Below, one piece after another: positions 1-10,100 of a stretch of 64,000 bases of DNA. How positions within the stretch are numbered: the first letter of the stretch is position 1; every line of letters starts with the position of its first letter. Where the stretch lies: the sequence record NC_048054.1. One strand, written 5' to 3'. Under the pieces are notes generated by a model. The model was not told where the DNA came from. It worked only from the letters and a program-made list of their open reading frames with translations, and did no database searches. Both the position numbers and the translations under genes were made by a program.

Positions 1-88
1 TCGAAGATATTTATCCTCAAGGAGGTATGGGAGTGCTGCGGATGCTGGCAACAGGAACGAAGTCATGTTAACCGGCATCCTATTCTCC

Positions 89-3000
89 TTACGCGATACC
101 AGAACCTGGGTTCGATGAACCGTAGGTCAGTTTGAACGTGTACGCCAGATTATCGAACGGGAAGTCGTTACGATAGATAACGTAATCAACACCGTTGATA
201 GTCACTTCGGCAGGACCAGCAAAGTTGAAGTCATCGAACTCCAACGCACCATCCCATGAACCAGCAAAGCCCTGTACGGACTCAACGAAGTAACCATAGC
301 CAAGAGACTTAGGCCACGCAACGTAGAAGAACACGTTGTTCGTTGATGTACTGGTATTCGCAGGACAGTTCAGGAGCTGTTCCCCGCTCGTAGTCAGCGC
401 AGTTTGCAGACCTTGCACGAATGCCGCGTCATAGCCAGCAGTAGACTTGATCTTAGAGTGAGAGCCGAAGCGAGCACCCAGGTCAGAAGACTGTTGTGGT
501 TTGAGCGTAACGTCTTTGGTCGCAGTAACCGTCTTACCGTTCTTAACGTAAGTAACGGTGATAGTCACCACAGCATCAGCAGTAACGGCGTCAGACTTCA
601 ACGAACCACCAGTGACGCTCAGACCAGTTGCCGTACCAGACTTCACGGCCACTGACCACGTCGTACCGCTATCAGTCGTAACATCAGGCGTGGTGCCATC
701 AGACAGAGTAGCAGTCGCAGTGTATGCAGTAGTCACACCACCAATGATTGAAGCTGGACCAGTGATAGTCACAGAGTCAGGAGTCGGTGGAGCTGGCGTG
801 TTCGTTACGGTCAGCGTCGCGGTCTGCGCTTGGCTGTTATACGAAGCAGTACCAGTGATAACTGCGGTCTGAGTAGTGCTCACAGTGTTACCTGTGATGG
901 TGTTGTTACCGTTGAACGTGAAGCCTGTAGTGGAACCAGAGCTACGCGTAACAACAGGCGTCAGGTCAACCGTCGTGTTATCAGAGAACGTCAGGCGGAG
1001 AATGTAGGTACCAGTCTCACCTTTGTTCACAGCAGTAGGACCAATCAGTTCACGATTAGTGATCGTTGCTGCCTGATTGATAAGCTGAATCACTTTCTCT
1101 GGTGCATACGTCTGGCCATCAACCGTGACGTTAGCAGCACGAAGCGTAGCAGTCTGGTTCTGGCTAATCGAGTTAGCAGGTACGGTCAGCTTCACACGAG
1201 TTGAAGTAGAACCGACAGACATAGTTGCATACGCAGCGCCCTGAGGCAGTGACCACGTTGGCAGTGACGGGTATTCGTTCGTCGCACCAGACAGACGAGT
1301 AACACGAACGAGATAGTCACCAGATACCGTACCCTCAGTGATAGAGTCATCCCCGATGATTTCCACTTTGCTCACATCGTCAGTTGGACCAACAACGGAG
1401 AACTGCACGTTACCAGTTTTGGTAACAGAACCAACAGTCGCAGCAACGTTAAGCTGGAAGGTCAGTGTGCCATAGAAACCTGTGAGTGGTGCTTTGGTAC
1501 GAATACGCCAGCCAGTAGTGCCACCAGCAACGATCTCAAAGTAAGTCTGAGCCGCAGATGACAGCGTGTAAGACAGTTCACCACTAGTACCTTCACGAGT
1601 AGTAGAGTCGGAGAATGTCAGGATGCTATGCAGGTCACGCGTCACACCAGCTACAGTACCGAAGTCAAACACAGGCGATGGCGCTTGTGGCTGAACGGAC
1701 AGCAGGCTGATAACGATGACGTTTTTAACCAACACGGATTTCTGTGCGCTGCGACCATCGTAGGAAGCACGAATCAGAACAGTAGTGTCCTGAGTCACTT
1801 CACCAGCAGATAGCACACCGGTCTGTGCGATGCTTGCGATAGCGCTGCCCTGAATCACAGTCCACGTTGGGTTAGTTACCTGACGCTCTGTACTGTCGGA
1901 GAGAATTTCCCACGCGGTGTATTGCGAAGTGGTATTCTCATTCATCGAGTCGTTACCACGAACTTCCAGGGAGGTCACAGTCGGTGGATTACCAACGATA
2001 GTTACCTGAAGGGTGGTGTTCTTCGAGATACCATTTTCAGTATACGCAGCGTAGATAGTAACGCTGGTATTAGCGATAGGTACTGCACCCGCAATCAGTT
2101 CAGAATTGCTGAATGTTGCGTACTGCGAAGCCGTCTGCAAACGGAACTCGTTAGGAGTAATCGTCGCAGTGTGGCCGTCAGAGTAAGTAGCCAGCACCGT
2201 GTATGGTGTAGTGGTCTTCTCTTGAACAGACGACGGGCCGATGATTTGAATCATCGTCAGGTCAACAACAGGCACAACGTTCACGATAGTGATATCGAGA
2301 GTTGCAGATTTCGTGATACCGCCTTCGGTGTATGAGGCAGACAGTTTCACAGGAATGTCAGAAGACACGGTACCTGCGTTAACAGTCTTGTTCACGATAG
2401 TCACGATATCCAGACGGTCTGCGGTGAACGTCGCTGGGTCAATCAGCTTAGTCGTACCGTCAGAGTACGTAGCAAGGAACGTGTAGTTGGCGCTTTCGCC
2501 GCTGCGAATTGTGTTCGCACCCTGAATAGCCAGAGAAGACAGTGTTACCACAGCAGTCTCTTTCAGGATAGTAACGTTCTTGTTGCCAGTGACAGTCTGG
2601 TCTGCGGTGATGTACGTCGCGGTCAGAACGATATTGCGGTCCTGAGTTGTCTCTTTACGAGCAGTCACCACGTTGCCACTGATAGTGGTGTACGTTGTTG
2701 GTGCAGCAACGAAAGAGTTCGGCGTAATCATTTCAGTGTCGCCATTCGACCACGTAATCTTAAACGTGTAGGCTTCACTTTGCTGAGAAGCAATGGTAGA
2801 AGAACCAAGCACTTCGAGCAGCGTGATTAACTGCGCTTTAACCGTGACGTTCTTCGTCGCAGTGAAGGTCAGGCCGTTGTATACGTAGGTAGCGGTCAGC
2901 TTGGCCACAGTATCAACAGGCAGTTTCTTCGCAGTGGCTTGCAGACCAACAAGAGACAGCGCGTTCGCATTATCCACCGTGAAGTTAGTCGGCATGATTG

Positions 3001-4099
3001 TTGCGACAGCACCAGACTTGTAGCGAGCAGTCACGGCGTAGGTTTCTTTCTGCTTGTAGAACAGAGAGTCTGCACCAACGATAGCGATAGACACCAGCTC
3101 GTCATCAGGAATGAAAGCATTCTTGATCAGCAGATCGTAGGTAGCTGTTACCCAATTACCGTAAACAGGATCGCGCTTACGTGCAGTAACTTTCAGCACA
3201 ACGTCAGCAGCCAGGTCAGGCGCCGTTACCGTACCGTCCTGAGTGATAGTCACACCGATAACGTTTTCTTCGATGGACCACTCAACGCCAGTAGGGTTAT
3301 GCTCAATACTGTTTGACCACTCGGCGTCGATGTTCAGTTTGACACTACTGTTATCCGACATGTAGCTTGCGTTACCAGGCAGGCTGATACGCAAGTTCAT
3401 CAGGTGAGGAGATTCCCACTCGACGTTATCGGCAGTAGGCTTAACCCACTTACCGATATACTTGTTCGGGTTAACAGGGTCCTGATCAACAATCGACAGA
3501 ACATACCCAGGCTCAGGCTGGTTAGAGCTTGCGACTTCAACGAACGCCAGAGAGTTCAGGCGAATCATTGTACGAGCATAATCAGGGTGATCATGATTCG
3601 TAGGATAACGCGCATCGCTCATACGTGGGTCGGAGCTTGACACAGCAATAGGCAGGTCAGGATTCGCAGGCTCTGTCTTAGTGACGATGCTACCCAGACG
3701 GCTTGGAGTTGCGTGTGGGATTTCCAGATCGCCAACTTCGATGCCCAGGTCAGCAGCGTTCTCTACGACGCGGCGGAAGAACTGTTTCTGGCTGAACAAC
3801 TGCGCGTAGTCAGTAACGGTCACCCAAGAACCACGGTGATTACCGTCAGACACAGCAGATGTACGACGCAGCACATACTGATACTGCGGGCTACCTGTGT
3901 TGGCATCAATCCAAATCAGGTTGTACGGCTTTTCAGAAAACGATGGCTCGGTCATTGACACAACAACCTGATGCACTTCCGTTTGATCGTTCGCGTTAGG
4001 ACGGAACAGGAAAGTGATTGGGTTACGTGGCGTCAGACCGCAAGTACGAGCCAATGCGATATACTGTTTAGCAAAGCCGTCGATCGTGGTTACGCTCAT
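89..4099 (-). CDS. Long Ig-like (Big_2-type) repeat fibre / virion decoration protein, 1336 aa
   Basis: About 9-10 tandem ~95-aa T/S/V-rich beta repeats starting L-x-x-L/I-x-I/V-x-G and containing Y-T-x-x-A-T-Y-S-D-G. N-terminal domain is shared with the two upstream ORFs; C-terminal domain is shared with 5412..6107. Lies downstream of the tail sheath gene. Confidence 0.8.
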   Translation of the reverse strand: MSVTTIDGFAKQYIALARTCGLTPRNPITFLFRPNANDQTEVHQVVVSMTEPSFSEKPYNLIWIDANTGSPQYQYVLRRTSAVSDGNHRGSWVTVTDYAQLFSQKQFFRRVVENAADLGIEVGDLEIPHATPSRLGSIVTKTEPANPDLPIAVSSSDPRMSDARYPTNHDHPDYARTMIRLNSLAFVEVASSNQPEPGYVLSIVDQDPVNPNKYIGKWVKPTADNVEWESPHLMNLRISLPGNASYMSDNSSVKLNIDAEWSNSIEHNPTGVEWSIEENVIGVTITQDGTVTAPDLAADVVLKVTARKRDPVYGNWVTATYDLLIKNAFIPDDELVSIAIVGADSLFYKQKETYAVTARYKSGAVATIMPTNFTVDNANALSLVGLQATAKKLPVDTVAKLTATYVYNGLTFTATKNVTVKAQLITLLEVLGSSTIASQQSEAYTFKITWSNGDTEMITPNSFVAAPTTYTTISGNVVTARKETTQDRNIVLTATYITADQTVTGNKNVTILKETAVVTLSSLAIQGANTIRSGESANYTFLATYSDGTTKLIDPATFTADRLDIVTIVNKTVNAGTVSSDIPVKLSASYTEGGITKSATLDITIVNVVPVVDLTMIQIIGPSSVQEKTTTPYTVLATYSDGHTATITPNEFRLQTASQYATFSNSELIAGAVPIANTSVTIYAAYTENGISKNTTLQVTIVGNPPTVTSLEVRGNDSMNENTTSQYTAWEILSDSTERQVTNPTWTVIQGSAIASIAQTGVLSAGEVTQDTTVLIRASYDGRSAQKSVLVKNVIVISLLSVQPQAPSPVFDFGTVAGVTRDLHSILTFSDSTTREGTSGELSYTLSSAAQTYFEIVAGGTTGWRIRTKAPLTGFYGTLTFQLNVAATVGSVTKTGNVQFSVVGPTDDVSKVEIIGDDSITEGTVSGDYLVRVTRLSGATNEYPSLPTWSLPQGAAYATMSVGSTSTRVKLTVPANSISQNQTATLRAANVTVDGQTYAPEKVIQLINQAATITNRELIGPTAVNKGETGTYILRLTFSDNTTVDLTPVVTRSSGSTTGFTFNGNNTITGNTVSTTQTAVITGTASYNSQAQTATLTVTNTPAPPTPDSVTITGPASIIGGVTTAYTATATLSDGTTPDVTTDSGTTWSVAVKSGTATGLSVTGGSLKSDAVTADAVVTITVTYVKNGKTVTATKDVTLKPQQSSDLGARFGSHSKIKSTAGYDAAFVQGLQTALTTSGEQLLNCPANTSTSTNNVFFYVAWPKSLGYGYFVESVQGFAGSWDGALEFDDFNFAGPAEVTINGVDYVIYRNDFPFDNLAYTFKLTYGSSNPGSGIA

Positions 4100-4728
4100 T
4101 CATTATCTCCCAGAATGTCGGTCGCAATCAGATGGCCATAAGACGCTTTCACGTTTGAATCAGCGATGAAGGTAGAACCGTTATCGCCTACGTTAGCATC
4201 CATATTCACTTTGTCCTGCACAGTCTTCACATCGACCAAAGGCTTCTCGGCGTGCATTTCATCGTGAGGCAGCGGTGTACGCTTGTCAGTGTTACGCGGG
4301 TCAGAGACAGACACGAACGTAGGACGACCGACAGTTGCTGGCTCAGTTGTCAGACGCGCAATACCGTAGGTGTCAACAGACGCATTTGGAATCTCGTCGC
4401 CACCACTGATATCAGACGGGTCATAATACTGAGGTGCCCAGAGTGAGTTGAAGTTCTTCACTTCTTCCCAGGTGTTCTGGAAGCCACCAGCAGGGGTTTT
4501 GGACTTACGTGCGAGGAACTTGCGATAGAACGCGCTATTCACATCCATGCACAACCAAACTACGTTCATCGGTAACACAACGCCGACAGGTTCTGCCGAT
4601 GCTGCAATGAACGTACAACTGATGTTGAGTGTTGGGTTAATCTGGCGAGTGATTTTGTCTTTCGACGTATCATCCATGAAACCCGTAACAGCCAACAGAG
4701 CAGCAGCGATATCATTAAGTGTAGTCAT
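4096..4728 (-). CDS. Virion protein, paralogue of the fibre N-terminal domain (~210 aa)
   Basis: Start moved to ATG 4728 (GGAG RBS, MTTLND). Shares EP..P.N.VW and SDPR..D.R.P..H motifs with 89..4099. Stop overlaps the next start. Confidence 0.65.
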   Translation of the reverse strand: MTTLNDIAAALLAVTGFMDDTSKDKITRQINPTLNISCTFIAASAEPVGVVLPMNVVWLCMDVNSAFYRKFLARKSKTPAGGFQNTWEEVKNFNSLWAPQYYDPSDISGGDEIPNASVDTYGIARLTTEPATVGRPTFVSVSDPRNTDKRTPLPHDEMHAEKPLVDVKTVQDKVNMDANVGDNGSTFIADSNVKASYGHLIATDILGDNE

Positions 4729-4738
4729 AACCGCTCCG

Positions 4739-5377
4739 TTAGTCAGTAGGTTGGCCGAGTTCAGACTCACGAACCTTACGCCATTGCAGCGTATTATCTT
4801 CGAGCACCATGACCTGATTTACAGCAGGTACAAGCTGGTCTTTGATAGGAACGTGTTCTTCGCCATAGCTACCATTAATACTAATCATGGTTGCAGGCTT
4901 CTCAGCGTGGGTGTGATCTTTTGGATCACGATTGTTCGTCAGCGTTTCATCGCCTTCCAGAATAGCACGAGACTCGGCTTCTGGATAAGACAGGTAACCC
5001 ACACCACGAGTGATTGAAGTCGCAAGCGGTGGAAGCGCTTGGTTGATGATTTGCAGATCGTTCGGGTCATACGCTTGTTCTTCCATGGCATCGTCATAGA
5101 AGTACAACGCAGTCCAAACATCTTTGTACGGGTCAGCGTTATCTTTCACAGTGCGCTTGAACGCAGTGCGGAAGGTAGGCGACTCAGGGTCGTAGTCAAT
5201 CCAAATCGCATTGATTGGAAGGACCACGAAACGCGGAACTGCATACGAGCAGTAGAACAACAGACCCAACTGCGAACCATCTTTAGGCAGACGGAACATA
5301 ATCGGGTTTTTGTTCTGCTGGTGGATATTCGTAAGCAACTCAACGTTACTGATGAACTGTTCAAGTTTCAGTTCCAT
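4739..5377 (-). CDS. Virion protein, paralogue of the fibre N-terminal domain, 212 aa
   Basis: GGAG RBS. LPINAIWIDYD and RDPKDHTHAEKP match the same domain in 89..4099 and 4096..4728. Confidence 0.65.
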   Translation of the reverse strand: MELKLEQFISNVELLTNIHQQNKNPIMFRLPKDGSQLGLLFYCSYAVPRFVVLPINAIWIDYDPESPTFRTAFKRTVKDNADPYKDVWTALYFYDDAMEEQAYDPNDLQIINQALPPLATSITRGVGYLSYPEAESRAILEGDETLTNNRDPKDHTHAEKPATMISINGSYGEEHVPIKDQLVPAVNQVMVLEDNTLQWRKVRESELGQPTD

Positions 5378-5406
5378 TGTGTTCTCCGTTTACCAGAAGC
5401 GGTGAT

Positions 5407-5414
5407 TAAAATTA
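5407..5414 (-). promoter_or_regulatory. TAATTTYA-class (putative late) promoter motif
   Basis: TAATTTTA ~30 nt upstream of start 5377. Confidence 0.5.
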
Positions 5415-6107
5415 TACAGGGTCGCCTGACTTAGGACTGGTCGAACCGTATTTAATACGGAACACGTAGTCCAGGCTATCGAACGGGAAGTCATTGCGAT
5501 AGACAACATAATCAAAGCCACCGAGACTAACTTCCGCTGCGCCTTCAAAGTTGAAGTCGTTAAACTCCATGGCGCCATCCCACGAGCCTGAGAAGCCTTG
5601 AGCAGTCTCTTGGAAATATCCATAGAGCAAGCGCTTAGGCCAAGCAACGTAGAAGAAGCGGTTGTTATCTGACGTAGATTCGTTCGGAGGACAAGTGATT
5701 AGCTGAGGACTCGACTCACCGAGAACAGTAGTCAGAGAACGGAAGAAGGTATCGTTGTAGTCTTGAAGCGACAACACTTTATCGTGTATGCCGAATCGAG
5801 GACCGTATTCACCACTGAATGGCACAGACACACGAACCGTATTCGATGTGGCGTTAAGAGTGGTGCTGGCGTTATACGCCTTAGCCACAATATCATGCTC
5901 ACCTGTATCGAACGGCAAAGTGAAGTCGAAGTATGCGCTGGTGCCAGTGGTAGGTAAATCAAGCTGCTTGAGCACCGTACCCGCTGCGTTCTGAATCTGG
6001 AGTGTACCACGTAGCGGTGGGTTATCCATACTGACCAGGAAACGCAGTTCTTTGTTACGCAGCGAGAAGCAGTATTCCAAGTTACCTTGAATGGCCAAAG
6101 TAAGCAT
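5412..6107 (-). CDS. Short virion protein: one Ig-like domain plus the fibre C-terminal domain, 231 aa
   Basis: C-terminal ~130 aa (FFYVAWPK..YGYF...QGF.GSWDGA.EF.DFNF.G.AEV...G.DYV.YRNDFPFD) closely similar to the C-terminus of 89..4099. Confidence 0.7.
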   Translation of the reverse strand: MLTLAIQGNLEYCFSLRNKELRFLVSMDNPPLRGTLQIQNAAGTVLKQLDLPTTGTSAYFDFTLPFDTGEHDIVAKAYNASTTLNATSNTVRVSVPFSGEYGPRFGIHDKVLSLQDYNDTFFRSLTTVLGESSPQLITCPPNESTSDNNRFFYVAWPKRLLYGYFQETAQGFSGSWDGAMEFNDFNFEGAAEVSLGGFDYVVYRNDFPFDSLDYVFRIKYGSTSPKSGDPV

Positions 6108-6123
6108 AGAACCTCACAATACG

Positions 6124-6147
6124 AAAAAAGGAGGACCGAAGCCCTCC
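6124..6147 (-). terminator. Rho-independent terminator with cUUCGg loop
   Basis: Minus strand GGAGGGC-TTCG-GTCCTCC followed by T6, immediately after the sheath stop codon. Confidence 0.85.
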
Positions 6148-6154
6148 TCATTGA

Positions 6155-7831
6155 TTACTGACTCAGAGTTGTGGAGGTACTGCCTGTCGGGTTGATGTTG
6201 AAACGGTAGATCAGACGCTTGGTGGTGCGCGTCGGGTCCAACACGATATCCAGAATCAGATCGCCATTAGCGATAGTCTGGTTGGTGTTGTTGTTTTCAT
6301 CACAGACAACCTGATAGCCCTGAGAACCAGAACTACCACTACGCAGACCACGAGCCAGTTTGATTTCTTCGAGGAACTTCTCGACGATACCTTTCAGATA
6401 GCCACGAAGAATGGCATCGTTCGGGTCAAACAGGCCAACGCGGCAAGTGCGCTGACAGACTTCAAGCACGTAGCCGACCATACGCTGAATCTGAATCTGC
6501 TGGAAGGCAGAGTTCTGGTTGTACTGAGTGCTTGCTTCCCACACCGCATAACCGCCACCCATGATTGAAGGCAGTTTACGGATGTAGTTCACTTGCTCGC
6601 GCGTCATCGCATCGCGGTCATCCTGATCGTACTTCTGAGCGATTTCCAGAATGTCGAGAGGTGCCGAAGCGGTGATACCAGCAGGTGCGAACCAGCTACC
6701 ACGGTTGTTATCCGTGTAAGCAAACACAGCACAGATCTGGCCGACACACGCAGTCCACAGATAGCGACCAGTGTCTTCGTCGAAGATCTTGATATCAGGC
6801 GTATACAGAGCCATGTTGGTGTCGTTGACGTTCAACGTCTGACGACGATAGCGAATCGCTTTAGACACGGACTGCTCTGCGGACGGAACACCACAGATAA
6901 CGAAGCAGTTGATATGCGCAGCGGCCGCAGCTTTCATGCCACGGTGAATGATGTAATCCTGAGTAGGACTAATCAGCAGCGTCACACGAACTTCTTCTGG
7001 GTCACCGAAGTATTCCTGATATGCTTTCGCAAAGTCATCAGAACTACAGGTGTCACCATCAGCACCACCCTGGAAGAAGATGAAGTCTGTGGTGAAGAAG
7101 TCGATATCGGTAGTGAAGTACGGGTTACGGATGAAACGGAAGTTAGAGCTTTCGTTCTCCATAACGTGATCGATACGATACTGACGATCAAATTCATCAG
7201 CATAATCATACAGGCTGCACTGGTAAGAGTTTACCGGGTTGCTGCCGTTCTGATAGTTTTCGTATTCGTCGATATAAAACAGTTTCGTGTTATACGACTT
7301 ACGGTCATCGAATGGGTCAAGACCCTTAGGCGTGGCCGGACGAATCTGCAACGCCATCTGGTTGTTCCAGTCGCCTGGGTTTTCCAGAATAACGTAACCG
7401 ATGATGTTGTCGTTCAACGGGTCAGTAGGCAGGAAGCCCAGCTGATCAGGAGAATCAACACCAACAATGTTGCCGTCTGCATCAGTGTATGGCGTAATGC
7501 GCAACACAGGCTGAACAGCAGTTGGATCATCGACAGTCAGCACACCAACAGCGTATTTGGCGTTCTTGGTGATACGGACGAATTTAAGCTGGTTTGTCTG
7601 TTTTGCAACAGGCAGAGCCAGATACAGGCCGAGGCCATACTTGGGATCTTTTGCACCGAAGATGTTTTTCAAATCATCTTTATTACGCACATCAACACGC
7701 TGGTTTACAGGACCGCGACGAGCCTGACCAACAATGCCTACTACTGCCGTAGATAAAGACGTTGCACCAACGGAGAGATCCCGAATACCTGTATAAACAC
7801 CAGCAGAGGAATGCGTTGAGTTAACGGGCAT
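6155..7831 (-). CDS. Contractile tail sheath protein, 558 aa
   Basis: N-terminal SAGVYTGIRDLS...AVVGIVGQARRGPVN. Central WFAPAG. C-terminal CDENNNTNQTIANGDLILDIVLDPTRTTKRLIYRF, typical of myovirus sheaths. Confidence 0.93.
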   Translation of the reverse strand: MPVNSTHSSAGVYTGIRDLSVGATSLSTAVVGIVGQARRGPVNQRVDVRNKDDLKNIFGAKDPKYGLGLYLALPVAKQTNQLKFVRITKNAKYAVGVLTVDDPTAVQPVLRITPYTDADGNIVGVDSPDQLGFLPTDPLNDNIIGYVILENPGDWNNQMALQIRPATPKGLDPFDDRKSYNTKLFYIDEYENYQNGSNPVNSYQCSLYDYADEFDRQYRIDHVMENESSNFRFIRNPYFTTDIDFFTTDFIFFQGGADGDTCSSDDFAKAYQEYFGDPEEVRVTLLISPTQDYIIHRGMKAAAAAHINCFVICGVPSAEQSVSKAIRYRRQTLNVNDTNMALYTPDIKIFDEDTGRYLWTACVGQICAVFAYTDNNRGSWFAPAGITASAPLDILEIAQKYDQDDRDAMTREQVNYIRKLPSIMGGGYAVWEASTQYNQNSAFQQIQIQRMVGYVLEVCQRTCRVGLFDPNDAILRGYLKGIVEKFLEEIKLARGLRSGSSGSQGYQVVCDENNNTNQTIANGDLILDIVLDPTRTTKRLIYRFNINPTGSTSTTLSQ

Positions 7832-7855
7832 GATTTGTCTCCTTATATGACTGTC

Positions 7856-7863
7856 TGAAATTA
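7856..7863 (-). promoter_or_regulatory. TAATTTYA-class (putative late) promoter motif
   Basis: TAATTTCA 25 nt upstream of the sheath start, between a terminator and the RBS. Confidence 0.55.
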
Positions 7864-7915
7864 TTGAATGGACGGCCTAGAACAAGGAGAAGGGTGTTAT
7901 TTGGGTCAGAAACGC

Positions 7916-7943
7916 AAAAGGGGCAGCCGAAGCCACCCCTTTG
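7916..7943 (-). terminator. Rho-independent terminator, repeated family GGGGTGGC-TTCG-GCTGCCCC
   Basis: Hairpin followed by TTTT after the DHH gene. Near-identical copies at 20067, 34598 and 47732. Confidence 0.85.
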
Positions 7944-7945
7944 TT

Positions 7946-9031
7946 TTAACAATCACAACCGACAGAATCGAAGTCAAGTTTCAGGCCAGGATAGAGTTCA
8001 TTAAACTCCGTCAGCGGCATATTGAAACCAGCAGCACTTACATGGCCGTCTCCACCACGAGTACGTGCAATATAACGAGCACTACCCTTATGGCCTTCAG
8101 GATATCCCTGAGAGCGGCAGCTAACGTAGACACGCTCTGGGTCACGATGGCCTTTACGCACCAGCAACACTGTTTGGAAGTGCGCATAGTTTTCGTAAAC
8201 GTAGGTGCCAGTCTCAGACGCGATGTTTTTATCGCAAGGCACAACGGCGTGTTTCACATCGATCAGATGGTTAGGTTCTGAGAAGTAACTGTTATCCTGA
8301 ATCATCTGACGAATCTTCTCGTCACGGATTTCGATGTTCTTGAAACCCTGTTCGATGATTTCTTCGATATCGCCAGCAAGGATAATCTTGTAGGCTTTGC
8401 GAACCGTAGGAGGCATTTCAGTGTAGACATGGCCACACTTCTCTACTTCCGAGAATACATCTTTCGAATAACCTTCGTAGAACGCGAACGCACGTTTGTT
8501 TGTGCGAATCCACAGGTCACGGTCTGATACCAGTTGCGCACAACGAATGATGTTATCGGTGCAGGCGTATTGGTGTTGTTGGAACTCAGACACATGCGCC
8601 ATGTAGGCAAGCAACGCGCCGCTCCCACCAGCAGCGAAAGTAAGTTGCAGAGGACTTACTTGCTTACGCACACCTTTGTCGTCGTAGGCTTCAATAGCCG
8701 CACACTCTTCGGCATACTTCTCGTGGCTGCGACAATCATGGTGGTCGAGCACCTTGAAGTTACCGCCATAGCGATGGGTGAAGATGGCCATCTGCTTTTC
8801 AGTGAAAGAGAAGTCAACTACGATAACGCGTTTATACAACGCATCCTTACCACCCTCAAGGCCAGGCAGGTCTTGAAGCAGAACACCATTAGCGTCAACG
8901 ATATCGCCTTGGTCTTGTGCGTAGACAGCAGGGAAGAAGTGAAGCGTATCATTGGGATACGCAAGTGCTGTAATGGCCGCAGCGAAACTGCCATCAGCAC
9001 ATCCTTGATGATAGACAACAAGTGTAGTCAT
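7946..9031 (-). CDS. DHH/DHHA1 family phosphoesterase, 361 aa
   Basis: YHQGCADG, IVVDFS, VLDHHD, DRDLW and GGDGHVSAAGF motifs. Confidence 0.88.
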   Translation of the reverse strand: MTTLVVYHQGCADGSFAAAITALAYPNDTLHFFPAVYAQDQGDIVDANGVLLQDLPGLEGGKDALYKRVIVVDFSFTEKQMAIFTHRYGGNFKVLDHHDCRSHEKYAEECAAIEAYDDKGVRKQVSPLQLTFAAGGSGALLAYMAHVSEFQQHQYACTDNIIRCAQLVSDRDLWIRTNKRAFAFYEGYSKDVFSEVEKCGHVYTEMPPTVRKAYKIILAGDIEEIIEQGFKNIEIRDEKIRQMIQDNSYFSEPNHLIDVKHAVVPCDKNIASETGTYVYENYAHFQTVLLVRKGHRDPERVYVSCRSQGYPEGHKGSARYIARTRGGDGHVSAAGFNMPLTEFNELYPGLKLDFDSVGCDC

Positions 9032-9033
9032 GA

Positions 9034-9900
9034 CTAAACCCAGTGGTTGTTAGAATCGTTTCCTGTTTGAGCCATGCGAGCATGTTTAACCATCTGGCGC
9101 AGGCCCTCCAGCGTTTGTTGCAGGTGATTGCTATACTGCTCGTCGGCCGCGTTGAAACCCATATGGAATGCGATGGTGAATAACTGCCATTCGTTAGATT
9201 GGCGTAGCGCTTCCATTTTGCGATAGAGTTCTTGGCGACGTTCACGAGCACGTAACAGACGCTGGATCAAATTAAGTGGATCGTGAGATTTCGAAGCAAG
9301 TTCAATGTGAATTGCATCCAAACCTTCGTAGTCCAAACGAGCTAAGGCCAGTTTGGCATTCAGGAACAATTCACGGCGACGGAGTTGTTCGTCCGCAGAC
9401 ATATGGCGACACTTATCAGGGTGCGTCATACGTGCGATTGCCTTATAGATTGCTTTGCACTTTTTCGCCAAAACTACACGCGACCAGGCTTCGTGTGCAG
9501 CCTGTTGATCCGCATCACCTTCGTTGTCACGCGTTTCGTGGTCGGTGTCTTCTTCGAAGTTGTCGTCCACCAGCTTTTGCAGATCTTCTGCATTAGCTTT
9601 GTCTTCCAGATCGTCAGACTCGGACATATTGATAATGATTGATTGCAGTTCCGCGTTCAGCCGTTCAATTTCCATAATAATCGGCTTGTTGTTCGAGTTC
9701 AGCTTATCAACCACTTTGGTTACACGCTCGCAGTCTGCTTTATATCGCAGTTCAAGCGCAGCCACTTCTTCAAGGACTTCTTCGAGAGTCTCACCGCCCT
9801 CTTCTTCGAGCTTGTTCAGTTCGTTCGCATCAACCAGTTCAGTCGATTGATGCAGAACGGCAGGGAGTTGAGGGATTACCATCAACTGAGTATTTGTCAT
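9034..9900 (-). CDS. Coiled-coil protein with J-domain (DnaJ-like co-chaperone), 288 aa
   Basis: KAIYKAIARMTHPDKC with the HPD tripeptide followed by a helical segment; acidic coiled-coil N-terminal half. Confidence 0.7.
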   Translation of the reverse strand: MTNTQLMVIPQLPAVLHQSTELVDANELNKLEEEGGETLEEVLEEVAALELRYKADCERVTKVVDKLNSNNKPIIMEIERLNAELQSIIINMSESDDLEDKANAEDLQKLVDDNFEEDTDHETRDNEGDADQQAAHEAWSRVVLAKKCKAIYKAIARMTHPDKCRHMSADEQLRRRELFLNAKLALARLDYEGLDAIHIELASKSHDPLNLIQRLLRARERRQELYRKMEALRQSNEWQLFTIAFHMGFNAADEQYSNHLQQTLEGLRQMVKHARMAQTGNDSNNHWV

Positions 9901-10091
9901 GGGCGAGTAAGCTCCGAGATAGGTTTAGCCACCAGCTCTGTAATGCGCGGAGGACACTGAGGGTTGCGCTTCAAGTTCTTGTGCAACCACTGCAAGTTAT
10001 TACCAGACGAAGACACCTCAGCACGGAAGCTGGGCAGTTTAAGTTCGTCACGGTGTTTGGCCAACAGCGCATTCAGTTCATTCAGCAACAT
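9897..10091 (-). CDS. Hypothetical protein, 64 aa
   Basis: AGGA RBS; 4-nt overlap with the downstream gene. Confidence 0.65.
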   Translation of the reverse strand: MLLNELNALLAKHRDELKLPSFRAEVSSSGNNLQWLHKNLKRNPQCPPRITELVAKPISELTRP

Positions 10092-10100
10092 TGTTTTTCC

